Positions 10,664-22,966 of a stretch of 64,000 nucleotides of DNA are shown here, piece after piece. This DNA comes from Squalus acanthias. Lineage: Eukaryota. Location of the stretch: NCBI GenBank assembly GCA_030390025.1, contig CM059431.1:132434001-132498000 (forward strand). The letters are read 5' to 3'. Position numbers and translations under genes: made by a program. The number at the start of each line of letters is the position of its first letter. The first letter of the stretch is position 1. The notes beneath the pieces were generated by a model, which was given only the letters and a program-made list of their open reading frames with translations, was not told where the DNA came from and made no database searches.

Positions 10664-13600
10664 GGGCTGGATTTTGATTCAGGGGCGGGCTGGGGTCGTG
10701 TAATCCGCATTTCGTGTTAGCCACCCGAATCTAAATCGATGTAGGAGATTGATGCGATTTTAACATAATTGGCCAATTGAGTTCCAACGTGTAGGAACCC
10801 ATGGCCAGTGAGTTTTTCCACTCTGAAAGTCGCTTCCGATGATGTCATCATTGCTGCAGCATTTAAGGTCTGCAACAAGCCTTGCTTCCTCTGCAGACTG
10901 CCAAGCTTCTGCCTTTGCATGTTAGAGGCACCTGCAGGAAGAATGGCCAGCCAGAGACCTAGGTCTGCACCTCGATTTGATGACGTCGCCCTGCAAGCTT
11001 TAATTGAGGGAGCCAGAGCTAATAAGGAGGTGCTCTTCCCTTCTTCAGGGAGGAAGAAGCCTTCCCATCAAACCAAGGCTGTGTGGATCCAGGTGGCAGA
11101 GGAGGTCAACTCGTTATCCATAACCCGCAGAACCTGGCTTCAGTGTAGGAAGAGGTTTCATGACCTGCTGCGCACTGGAAAAGTGAGTATGAATTTCCCA
11201 TCACCCTCATTCTGATCCCCATTGCCTCTCCTCACCAGCACTCAGCTTTGACAACCTCTTCCTCCACATCCCACTTGACACTGACATCCCTGCACCCTTA
11301 CCCATTCCCTCTCTCTGTATGGTCACATTCACCTAACTATTCGACTATGCAGCCCTCACACTCCCTATCGCTGTGATGCTATGAAAACAACTTACAACAC
11401 ACAGGGAGGGCCCATGGTCTTGCCACCTCACTCCGAATTTGTCTCCTTCTAACCATCAATGATATAAATTCTCTATACTCACTCCTTCATTCTCATTCAA
11501 ACTCCAGTTGTCTCCCTCATTGCAAGAAAAGAGAGCTCACATTAAGAGGGAAAGAGCGAGGACAGGAGGAGGGCCACCCTCAGTAGCCCAGCTCACCACC
11601 TGGGAGGAGGCGATCCTGGAGATCATGGGAGTGGAGGAGGATGCGCAAGTGGGGGACGGACAGACGGGTGCATCAGAGCAAGCTGGTGACAGAATAGTTT
11701 ATCATCTCTCTCATTGACATTGCATGAGTCACTGATAATGATTCTGATGCTCCAGCAGGCTGACTTATGATCATCTGCAATATGCAATGTGCATGTAACC
11801 TTGGACTCACATCTCTGACTCTTTCCTTTACTCCCCCCCAGGACCATCGCGAGCAGCCGTCCCCACCGTCCAGGAGGAAGAGCATGAGCCTCACCACTCC
11901 TCAGAGGAAGCTGCAACCTCTGAGGGCGCCGCGTCAGCAGAATTCAGCGCACCCAGCACCAGCGCAGACACTCACACCTCGGAGGGAACATCGCGAGATA
12001 GAATAGTGTTGTCACCTGGTGTATCACAGCTCACAAGTGAGCATCAGCAGATAATGGAGACAGGGACAGCAGTGGAGAGTCCTAGTCGGAGGGCGCAGGA
12101 CTCTCCTAGCTCGGCTCAGCTGCATGACGACCCTCTGCCTTTGGGTCCATCCATAAGATCAGCGGTGCTGGAACTCCAGGAACAGATGCAGGAGTCTCTG
12201 GCAGGTTTTGTCTCCAGGGTTGCTGCGAGTGTGGAGCGAATGGAGGAGTCCAATGCGAACATGAGCAGAGCCTTTGTGGAGTCATTGGCGCATGAACGCA
12301 TCACCACGGAAAGGATGGCAATCTCCGTGGAAAGGATGGCTACAGTAGAGGAGAGGATGGCTACGGCTATGGAGGAGCTAAGTTGCCAGAGTGTAGAAAA
12401 CATGGTCATTGTTCAGAATAGACTGGCATCTCTTGAGGAGCGATGGTCATCTATTGAACACAGAAACCAGACCTTCATGAAAGTCCTTCTGAGTAGGACT
12501 TCCAGTGCAGATAAGGGTCCCCATGGCCCCCCTGATGTGCAGCAAGGTGCTCTCAATCCACTTGCAAGCGCTGAGGTGGGGCTGACCCATGAGTGGGATG
12601 TTGGTGGCAGACAACAAGGAAGTGGGGGGCTCCTCTCCAAGCGCTCACACGACCAAGCCACTGCAAAGCCCTCAGTCAGAGCCCCACCAGAGTCCTCACC
12701 CAACTGAGATCGGCGTCTCAACCACTGCACAGCCGCAGGAGCAGCAGACTGTTGCCGAGCCCTCACAGGCTCGCAACCCCAGAGGACGCCCGCCAAAGGT
12801 GTCGAGGCAGGAGCAGCAAGAAAGTGAGCAAGGGGCCTCCACATCTGCTGAAGCCACAGGGGAAGCACCATGTAGAAGCATGCGTAAAAGAAAAATAATT
12901 CACAAGTAGTCACAAGGGTAGTCACTTGGGTGTAATGTTGTGTTTAATCTTGAAATGCCAGCACTGGCAAACTGCTGAAGTTGTGGCGTCTGTCATTTCG
13001 CAAATGGGACTTCCACATTGAGGGCTTAGGATGACTTGCAATTGTCAGTATGGTGGTCAGAGTGATAGGAATCCGCAAGTTCCTGGCCATTGTCGATGGT
13101 CTGATAAGAAGGTGCGAGGCAAAAGTGTTTGATTGTGCAGGCTAAGCAAATCTGGTCAAGTGCGTCCCTTGCATCTTGGGCAGCAATCTCGCGCGCTGGC
13201 ACCTTCTGGCCTGTGCAGCTTCAGGTGGGTGAGGAGCAGCTTGGCACTCCTGTTGATGCTGCTGCTGCTGGTGGTGCTGTTGTTCATGGTTCTGCTGCTG
13301 CCACGGCTGGTCCTCGTCCGAATCTGATGTCCAGGAGGAAAGGAAATAAATGGTTCCCATGCTTCTGGTGTATGCCTCAGTTGAGGAAGCGCTCAGTCAA
13401 GGTGGCGAGAGGGGTTTCCCAGGAGGCCACACTGGAGATGGGTGTCAGGCTCCAAACTTCCACAGCTGTGGTTATGCCATATAAAAGTTCCCCCAGACCT
13501 CAGACAACAAAGTCCTGCCAACTGCAAATGATGGCTGATCACATCTCCTATTTCATGGTTGAGCTGCAGCTGATAGTCAGCAATCCAAATGTGCTACCGC

Positions 13601-13890
13601 CAGGTTTCACATTCGTGGTTCAGAACAGGCGTGCTTCACGTGGAAAAAGTGTTAAAATCACAAAGACCTTTCAAAATGGCATTATGGAGGCAATTTAGTG
13701 CTTGTTAAGAGCCTTAACGGCCTATCCCGCCTCTTGGAGGCGGGAAGGAGTCGGGACCAGCAGACACGATTTAATGAAAATTGCCTGGAGACGGGATGGA
13801 GGCGGGCTTGTGCCCGCCCGCCAGTTTTCGCAATTTTAACCCCCCACACGCCTCCAAAAACGTCTCCACGGGTCAATGAAAATTCTGCCC
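10664..13890 (+). mobile_element. Complete non-autonomous Harbinger (3.2 kb) retaining the Myb/SANT gene
   Basis: TIRs GGGCTGGATTTTGATT / AATGAAAATTCTGCCC, TAT TSD on both sides. Only a remnant of the transposase N-terminus remains (about 13140-13360, minus). Confidence 0.9.
10943..12909 (+). pseudogene. Harbinger Myb/SANT-like DNA-binding protein gene, 3 exons (10943-11182, about 11527-11684, 11842-12909)
   Basis: MASQRPRSAPRFDDVALQALIEG...W..VAEEVNS...RTWLQCRKRFHDL|gtgagt, then exon 2 EKRAHIKRERARTGGG. Mutated exon-2 acceptor, TAG at 12004 and a frameshift. Confidence 0.85.
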
Positions 13891-14022
13891 TATGCCTCTA
13901 TTTATAAAGCCACGGAGCCTGTATGCATTTTTAACAGCCTTCTCAACTTGTCCTCTTCAAAGGTCTTCAAAGGTCCCTCTGTTCCTGCACCCTCTTTAAA
14001 ATTGTACCATATAGTTTATATT

Positions 14023-14787
14023 GGCCCGAAAATTAGACCTAATGCGGGAGAGTACGCACTGTGTACTCTCGCGTATTAGGTCCCGAATTGCCGGTTTCCT
14101 GCATGCACTGCGCATGCGCGGGAAACCAGCACTTCGTGTATGGCAAAGGGGGCGGTTCCTAAGTGAACCGCGTGCGTGCTACAGGTTGTGCGCACGCAGT
14201 GCACTTCGTTTTTTTTTCAGGTTTGAACGCGCAGGTAAGTGGTGAAGATTTTACACATAAAGAAAGCAGGCGTAAGACCCCCTTTTAACAAGGTAAGTAG
14301 TTAATTAAGTGTTATTTTAATTTTTTTTCAACAGGTTTATGTTATTTAGAGACTTTAAAGAAAGGTAAGTTTATTTTTATAACTTTTAAAAAGAATTTAA
14401 ATTTTTTCAAAAATTAAATTCTTTGTTTAAAGTGGTTAATTTATTTAACTATCGTTATTTTATTAATGTGATGGCTTTTTTTTTAAATTTAATTGAGGTT
14501 TAGCTGTTCTTTTGGAGGCTTGTTGTATTCATAGCTTTAACAGCCCTTGCTGTCAAAACTATGAATGAAAGATGGTGTGCTGCCATTGGCTCTAACTGTC
14601 CCACGTGATCCCAGTGCTCGCACGAACTAACTGCGCCTCTGGGACACGCAAGCACTGCACGCCGGCAACAGGGAGAGGCCCTCGAACTGAAGTTCGTGTG
14701 GGCCCGAACCATAAAGGTAGGCGCGGAGTGCGATATCGCGGGGAATCCATACCCCCGCGGCAACCATCGAACTCCAATTTCTGGGCC
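14023..14787. mobile_element. Complete Harbinger-type MITE (765 bp)
   Basis: TIRs GGCCCGAAAATT / AATTTCTGGGCC, ATT TSD at 14020-14022 and 14788-14790. Confidence 0.88.
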
Positions 14788-15356
14788 ATTGTCTCTCCTT
14801 GTTCTTCATATCAAAATGACTCACTTCACACTTTTCTGCGTTAAAGTTCATCTGCCATGGGTCTGCCCATTTACACCAGTCTGTCTTCTAACAGTGCTTT
14901 CCAATTGAATTTCATTAGCTCAAACCTCATCCCTTCAAAATCTTCCTGAAGTTGAAGTCTCTATTGTACTCATTGGGGGCTAAAATCAATAGCAAGGGCG
15001 CAAGGATTGCGATGCGTGATTAACCCACGCCTGTTGCTTCCGATGCAGACAGCATGACAACTTGGTGCTGCCTGCTGATTAACATGATTGCAGCGTGCAG
15101 CCATCGCTAACCGCACTGTTGATTGGCTGCACACATCAGCAGGTGGCCCAAATCGTACCTTGTGCGCACTACATAAAACTAGCTTGCACCTCTTAAAGGG
15201 GAGGTGCATTGTGGATGGAGCAGGTGCTGGGAGTCAAGGTTGAAGAGATCCTAACCTGGGAAAGAGTGAGGAATGCCACAACAGGGTAGAGAACAGGCTC
15301 CAAGGTTTTCTGACGCTGCACTGGAAGCCTTGGTGGAGGAGGTGGAAAGGAGGAGT

Positions 15357-17797
15357 ATTTTTTTTTTCGCTTATGGGATCTGGGCATCACTGGCAAAGCC
15401 AGCATTTATTGCCCATCCCTAATTGCCCTTGAGAAGGTGGTGGTGAACCACCTTCGTGAACCGCTGCAGTCCGTGTGGTGAAGGTACTCCCACAGTGCTG
15501 TTAGGGAGGGAGTTCCAGGATTTTGACCCAGCGACGATGAAGGATCAGCGATATACTTCTAAGTCAGGATGGTGTGTGACTTGGAGGGGAACTTGGAGGT
15601 GGTGGTGTTCCCATGCGCCTGCTGCCCTTGTCCTTCTAGGTGGAAGAGGTCGCGGTTTTGAGAGGTGCTGTTGAAAAAACCTTGGCGAGTTGCTGCAGTG
15701 CATCTTGTAGATGGTATACACTGCAGCCACAGTACGCTGGTGGTGGAGGGAGTGAATGTTTAAGGTGGTGGATGGGGTGCCAATCAAATGGGCTGCTTTG
15801 TCCTGGATGGTGTCGAGCTTCTTGAGTGTTGTTGGAGCTGCACTCATCCAGGCAAGTGGAGAATATTCCATCACACTCCTTACTTGAGCCTTGTAGATAG
15901 TGAAAAGGCTTTGGCGACAATCATAGAATCATAGAAAGTTACAGCATGGAAGGACGCCATTTCGGCCCATCGTGTCCGCGCCGGCCAACAAAGAGCTATC
16001 CAGCCTAATCCCTCTTCCTAGCTCTTGGTCCGTAGCCCTGCGGGTTAGAGCATCCCAAGTGCACATCCAAGTACTTTTTAAATGTGGTTAGGGTTCCTGC
16101 CTCTACCACCCTTTCAGGCAGTGAGTTCCAGACTCCCACAACCCTCTGGGTGAAGAAATTTCCCCTCAAATCTCCTCTAAACCTTCCACCAATTTATTTA
16201 AATCTGTGCCCCCTGGTTTTTGACCCCTCTGTTAAGGGAAATAGGTCCTTTCTATTCACTTTATCATTGCCCCTCATAATTTTATACACCTCAATAAGGT
16301 CTCCCCTCAGCCTCCTCTACTCCAAGGAAAACAGACCCAGCCTATCCAGTCTTTCCTCATAGCTAAGATTCTCTACTCCCGGCAACATCCTTGTAAGTCT
16401 CCTCTTTACCCTCTCTAGTGCAATCACATCTTTCCTGTAATGTGGTGACCATAACTGCACGCAGTACTCTAGCTGAGGCCTAACTAGTGTTTTATACAGT
16501 TGAAGCATAACCCCCCTGCTCTTGTATTCTATGCCACGGCTAATAAAGGCAAGCATTCCGTATGCCTTCTTAACCACCTTATCTACCTGGCCTGCTACCT
16601 TCTGGGATCTGTGGACATGGACTCCAAGATCCCTTTGTTCCTCTACACTACTCAGTGTCCTACCATTTAATGTGTATTCCCTTTCCTTGTTAGCCCTCCC
16701 CAAATGCATTACCTCACACTTCTCTGGATTGAATTCCATTTGCCACTGTTCTGCCCACCTGACCAATTTATTGATATCTTCCTGCAGTCTACAGCTTCCT
16801 TCTTCAGTATCAACCACACAGCCGATTTTAGTATCATCTGCAAACTTCTTAATCATACCCCCTATATTCAAGTCAAGATCGTTGATATATACCGCAAAAA
16901 GCAAGGGACCTAGTACTGAGCCCTGCGGAACCCCACTGGAAACAGCCTTCCAGTCACAAAAACACCCATCAACCATTACCCTCTGCTTCCTGTCTCTGAG
17001 CCAGTTTTGAATCCAACTTGACACTTTGCCCTGGATCCCATGGGCTTTTAACTTCGCGACCAGTCTGCCATGTGGAACCTTATCAAAAGCCTTGCTAAAG
17101 TCCATATACACTACATCAAATGCACTAGCCTCATCTACCCTCCATGTTACCTCCTCAAAAAATTCAGTCAAGTTTGTCAGACATGACCTTCCCTTAACAA
17201 TCCCTTAACAAATCTGTGTTGACTATCCTTGATTAATCCGTGTCTTTCTAAATGAAGATTTATCCTGTCCTTCAGAATTCTTTCCAATAATTTTCCCACC
17301 ACCGAGGTTAGGCTGACTGGCCTGTAATTACTCGGTCTATCCTTTTCTCCCTTTTTAAACAAGGGTACCACATTAGCAGTCCTCCAGTCCTCCGGCACCA
17401 CACCTGAAGCCAGAGTCAGGAGGTGAGACACTCGCCGCAGAATACCTAGCCTCTGACCTGCTCTTGTTGCCACAGTATTTATGTAGCTGGTCCAGTTAAG
17501 TTTCTGGTCAATGGTGACCCCCAGGATGTTGATGGTGGGGGAGTCGGCGATGGTAATACTGTTGAATGTCAAGGGGAGGCGGTTAGACTCTCGCTTGTTG
17601 GAGATAGTCATTGCCTGGCACTTCTGTGGCACGAATGTTACCTGCCACTTATCAACCCAAGCCTGAATGTCGTCCAGGTCTTGTTGCATGTTGGCATGCA
17701 CTGCTTCATTATCTGAGGAGTTGTGAATGGCATTGAACACTGTGCGGTCATCAGCGAACATCCCCATTTCTGACCTTATGTTGGAGGGAAGGTCTTG
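15357..17797 (-). mobile_element. tRNA-headed LINE family, 5'-truncated copy, split by a CR1
   Basis: RT motif MFADDRTVF at 17767 and C-terminal MEYSPLAWMSAAPTTLKKLDTIQ. 3' tail GGCAATTAGGGATGGGCAATAAATGCTGG plus poly(A). Confidence 0.88.
15919..17413 (-). mobile_element. CR1 LINE 3' part nested in the tRNA-headed LINE
   Basis: ORF 16317-17171 with YMDFSKAFDKVPH, GVPQGSVLGP and FADDTK, ending in an (ATTCTATG)n tail. Confidence 0.95.
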
Positions 17798-20700
17798 ATG
17801 TGCTATATCTGTTGGGGGCCAGGAGGCCCTTCAGACACACACTCAGACGGCAATGGGAGCAGATAGCCCTGGCGGTCAATGCCAGGAGTCAAGCCCCGAG
17901 GACCTGGATGCAGTGCTGTAAGAAGTACAATGACCTCACACGTGTGGTGAAGGTTAGTGAATGCATCTTCAAATGCCTTATCCTGTAAACTGCACCACTA
18001 GCCTCAGCCACTGCTCAATGGACCACATCCCTATCACTCACCTACCAACAATCTCTATCAATCAGGACTCATCCCTAATATTTATAGCTTCACCTTACCC
18101 TCACACACTTAGTACTGCTGCAAGACTTACACCCATATCTCACACACACTGCCAGCTATTCAAGCATGACAGCCACATTACCCAAACAGATTGCATGACA
18201 CTCACTTCCCTGTCTTTTGCAGGACAAGATGGCACACAACCGGAGACAGCAGGAACTAACTGGTGGGGAACAGGCATGGCTGCATGTCCTTACCACATGG
18301 AGGAGACGGTGCTCGCCATCATTGGAGTGGCCGTTGCTGAGACCGTGGCCAGCGGTGGAGCTGAAACCATAGAAGGTGAAGGTATCCTCATACCTAATCC
18401 TCCTTCTCACATCCCACTTCCCCCTCCTCCCACAATATCTTCTGATTTACAAGCTGCAGATGGTATAAGCATGCACTTCTTAATTTCCCCGCTCCCCTCA
18501 CCACAACCTTACCCTTGTGCCTTTCTCCTTACGATACACAAGAACTGCCACCTGGCCAGTGGTGGAAGAGCAACAAGATACTGATGATGAAAAAACACTG
18601 TCACTCGATTTCACACTCGCAGCCACCAGCTCAGATACTGACACTGCGTGTAATTTAGAGGCTAGCTTAGAGGCGGTATCGGCACGTGGTGAGACAACGG
18701 GCACGAGTGACCTGCAGCCAGGTCATGGAGCAAGGGTTGCGCAGGTGCCAGCTCACAGGTGGGCGAGGTCGTACACGAGTTCTGCTGCACAGGACTCAGA
18801 TGAGCACTTCGATGGGGCGGCCTACAGAAGAAGGCTGATGGGTGTGCACAATGAAATGCTTGGTGCATTGGAAGGCCTGGCAGAAAGCCTGCGTGAAATG
18901 ACCAGGAGCATGGAGGAGTCCAGCATCAACTTTGGACAGGGCTTTGCGCAGAGCTTGGAGCCCATCCTTTCCAGCATGGAAGTGGTGTCCAACTCCATTA
19001 ACACACTTGTGGACCCAACCATGATGCAGTGTCTGATGGCCGATGTCTCAGCTTCCATTGAAGCACAAGCAGAATCCACCCAACCTCTGGGTGCTGCAGT
19101 GGAAGCTCAGACTTCTGTCATTCAAGGCCAGCTTGCTGCCACGCAAACTCAGACTGCTGCCATCATGGCTGCGGGTACCAATGTTCAAAGGGGCTTGCAG
19201 GGTTTCACAGCAGTCCAGCAATCTGTCCTCCAACAAATTACTAGCATTGCTGAGGCGCCGCCCCGGGGGAGTGGCAGTGGCTCCATGGAGCACGAACCTG
19301 CTGTTCTCTCTCAGGATGACAGCATTCATCCTCCCACCCCTGCCACTCAAGAGAGAATGAAATGTAGTCGGCTATCTTTGAATAGAGAGCCTCAGTGACC
19401 TCCCTTATGCAACAGTGGACAGCAAACTGGGAGATGTTGCAAATATCTCCAGCTCCAGCCTGGAAGGAGCCCGACGCATAAAAGCTCATCGTCACTTTCA
19501 CAGCCACTGGCAATGCGGTCCTCGCCCTGCTCTGAGGTTGCAGTTGTGGCTGCAGCAGGTGGCAGATTTCAGTGAAGACATTCTTATTGAAGCGCGGACG
19601 TCTCACAGACTGTTCCTTGCTGAGGTTCAGGAAGGAGAATTGCTCCCTGAACACTCTGGGCGGATATGATCTCCTGCTGAGAGCCCTTCTCCCCCTCCTG
19701 CTCCTCCCTCTTCTAGCAGCTTGTCCTGCTCTGTGTCACCTCTGCTCATTCTCCAAGTCATGCTGTATTCCAAGGGGGGTGCCTATGAATGCACCCACAT
19801 CTGAGAGCAACTGGTTTGCGCAGAAGCCTTGAAGTCAGGACAAAATCCTTCAGGACCTGCCACACCACGCCCTGTAGACTTTAGCAACTTTAAAGAAATC
19901 TAGAAAGCACCAAACACTTCCACAATCATAGTAACAGCCAGTAGAAATCAATCAGCAACGGACCTGAAACTATTTGATGATCTCTTTAAATAGTGCTGAC
20001 AGGGCTCCTTCCTGCTGCTAAACAAGTGTTTAGCTGTGTGAGCTTACAAGAGAGCCTTAGCTGGAGCATTGAGCTCCAAAATAGCATGCTGACATCAAAT
20101 CACCATTTCACGCTGATTGACGTCATGATCTGCCTACTCTGCATACTTCCGGCGGATGCTCACGGTGCACGCACTAACGTCTTCACCAACATGGCGGCTG
20201 GTGCGACTCATCGACTGACGCCAGAAGTGTATGTGCACGCCGTGGACGCCATTTTGGACCTCTAAGGCATTCGTAGCAACTAAAAAACTGCCGCTATGGA
20301 TCTGAATTTTGTGCCCATTCACTTTTGCTTCAAATGCCTAAACTTAAAGTTCACAGAGGTACTCACTGACTCTGATCTCTTCTATTGGCCCAGAATTTGC
20401 TGCCAAAATAATGGCGAGTGGAATTGCTCTAGCCATTGTTAACATTTAACTGTTAGTCAACCTCCTTCCTTCTATGGTTCACAACGACCTGCTTCGAGTA
20501 AGCATGAGACACTTGATGGTAGAGTATACGGAAAATACTTTATTCATAAACAGCATAAGTGATAGATCTGGCTGTGAAATTCAGCACCTTAGTGCCGGTA
20601 GTTATGCTTGGTTTTAAATAAAATAGCGTCTTCCTCGCCTCCACCCACTTCTGGCGCAGCCTGCGCTGTTGGTCATCTTGGTGAGGGCGATAGCGTGGGC

Positions 20701-21010
20701 ATTAGGTGCGTGCAGTATGCAGAGTAGGCAGATTGTGACGTCAGTCAGCGTGTAACACTGCGTGATGCACAACCTGCCATTATGGACGGCGCTGCTCCAT
20801 TCAACGCCCTCTCCTAAACACACAGCTGAACATGGGTTCAGCTGCACGAGGGACCCCCACCAGCTCTACTTAAAGGGATACATCCAACTTGAAGGTAAGT
20901 TGATTATTGCTCTTGTACTGGCTCTTGCAGAGTGTGCAGAGAGTGCTGCTGGACGTTGGGAAGACGTTGACTGCTGGTGGAATGCCTGAGTACACCACTA
21001 GCTCCCAGTC

Positions 21011-22966
21011 ATGGGGGCTCTAGTTGCAATCCCCCTCACACTGCAGCATGACAGAGAGATGAAGCAGAGGCAGCAAAGACAAGCTGCTCGCAGAAGGAGG
21101 AGGAGGGCTCTCAGCAGGAGGCCTTACCCACCTGGGGTCTTCAGGGACCACCTCTCCTACCTGCACCTAAGTCAGGAGCAGTGTGTTCAGTGGCTCTGCT
21201 TCACCAAGGAGGTGGTCACAGCACGCTGCCCACTCTTGGAACCAGACCTGCAGTCTCAGAGCAGGGCGATGACGGCTCTGCCAGTGGCCCTTGAGGTGAC
21301 CGTGGCCCAGAATTTCTTTGCCAGTAGATCCTTCCAGGCTGGAACAGGCGACATAGCAAACATCTCGCAGTTCGCCGTCCATCAAAAGGTTAGTATGCAG
21401 GTGCAGCAAGTGATTAAGAAGGCAAATGGAATGTTGGCTTTCATTGCTAGGGGGATAGAATATAAAAATAGGGAGGTATTGCTTCAGTTGTACAAGGTAT
21501 TGGTGAGACCGCACCTGGAATACTGCATACAGTTTTGGTGTCCTTACTTAAGGAAAGACATCCTTGCTCTCGAGGCAGTGCAAAAAAGGTTCACTCGGTT
21601 AATCCCGGGGATGAGGGGGTGGTCATATGAGGAGAGGTTGGGTAGATTGGGACTCTACTCATTGGAGTTCAGAAGAATGAGAGGCGATCTTATTGAAACA
21701 TATAAGATTGTGAAGGGGTTGGATCGGGTGGATGCGGGGAGGATGTTCCCGATGACGGGTGAGACGAGAACTAGGGGACATAGTCTTAGAATAAGGGGCT
21801 GCTCTTTCAAAACTGAGATGAGGAGGAACTACTTCACTCAGAGGGTGGTAGGTCCATGGAATATGCTGCCACAAAAAGCTGTAGAAGCTACAACATTAAT
21901 TAAATTTAAAACAGAAATAGACAGTTTCCTAGAAGTAAAGGGCATTAAGGGTTACGGGGAGCGGGCAGGAATTTGGACATGAGTCTAGGTTCGGATCGGT
22001 CATGGCCCTGTGGGTAGTGGAGCGGGCCCAGGGACTGTGTAGCCTGATTCTGCTCCTATTTCGTGTGTGCAATTCTGTTAGATGCAGGAGATGGTTCTGT
22101 GATAGATAGTAGATTGGCGGTTAGGATCAGATCAGCCATGATCTTATTGAATGGCGGAGCAGGCTCGAGGGGCCGATTGGCCTACTCCTGCTCCTATTTC
22201 TTATGTTCTTATGTTCTTATCACTGCATCCAGGAATACACAGAGGCTCTGTACTCTAGGAAGGGATCTTCATTGTCTTCTCTCTAAACAGAGAGAAGCAG
22301 GAGGAGCGCACACATGGCTTTGACAGGATATCGGGCTTCCCCATGATGCAGGGCGCCATCAACAGCACACACGTGGCTTTACAGTCGCCGCATCTCAATG
22401 GTGAGATGTTCCATAATCGCAAGTGTACCACTCACTTAATGTGCAGTTGGTGTGTGACCACGTCCAGCACATCATGATGGTGAATGCCCGGTATCCTGGC
22501 AGCAGTCATGATGCCTTCATTCAGCGCCAGTCCGCTGTGCCGGCAATCTTCCAGCCACCACGTCGAACCCGAGGGTGGCTGCTAGGCGACAAGGGCTATC
22601 CGCTCTACACCTGGCTGCTGACTCCCCTCTGCAACCGCACCACTCGTGGTCAGCACTCATATAATGAGAGCCATGCTGCCACCAGGAACATCATCGAGCA
22701 GACCATCTGTGTGCTCAAGCAATGGTTCCGCTGCCTTGACTGCTCGGGAGGAGCCCTCCAGTATTCGCTGGAGTCGGTGCCCCAATTCGTGGTGTCTGCT
22801 GCATACTTCACAACTTGGCCATCATGAGGGCACAGCCCTTGCCACCACGGGTTCCATGACCACCTCAGGAGGAGGAAGAGGAGGAGGAGGAAGGAGGAGG
22901 CAGTCTACAAATCCACGTTCCGGACGGGCTGTCCGTGAGCACATCACCAGACTCCACTTCCCCTGA
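21011..22966 (+). pseudogene. Harbinger DDE transposase interrupted by CR1 (21384-22218)
   Basis: N-terminal RPYPPGVFR...ALPVALEVT...SRSFQ. After the CR1: YHSLNVQLVCD, PGSSHDA, LLGDKGYP, RNIIEQT. Confidence 0.88.
21384..22218 (+). mobile_element. CR1 LINE 3' fragment with a duplicated 3' UTR
   Basis: QKVSMQVQQVIKKANGML...GYGERAGIWT, (TTCTTATG)n tail, short ATCA duplication at the junctions. Confidence 0.93.

Larger units (their letters stand above)
10530..14890 (-). mobile_element. Old CR1 fragment split by two DNA transposon insertions (pieces 10530-10663, 13891-14022, 14788-14890)
   Basis: CR1 RT sequence rejoins across both insertions (TTTTGTACTCTAT|GCCTCTATTT and TAGTTTATATT|GTCTCTCC). 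Confidence 0.75.
14975..20316 (+). mobile_element. Harbinger element, internally deleted: Myb gene (plus, ATG 15273, exons to about 19346) and convergent transposase N-half (minus, about 19347-19800), with nested LINEs
   Basis: ATT TSD at 14972-14974 and 20317-20319. Myb exon 1 reads MPQQGREQAPRFSDAALEALVEEVERR [insertion] DVLY...RTWMQCCKKYNDLTRVVK|gttagt. Transposase fragment ALPVAVKVT...ASGSFQ. Confidence 0.85.

Noticed and set aside
17177..17767. ORF with RT motifs in scrambled order
   Set aside because: Read-through across the junction of two nested LINEs from different families.
18517..19654. Overlapping convergent ORFs of 293 and 137 aa
   Set aside because: Artefact of an internal deletion joining the truncated Myb and transposase genes of one Harbinger.
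21011..21982. 323-aa ORF fusing a Harbinger transposase N-terminus to a CR1 RT C-terminus
   Set aside because: A chance in-frame CR1 insertion: the transposase resumes at 22219 after the CR1 tail, with a short junction duplication.
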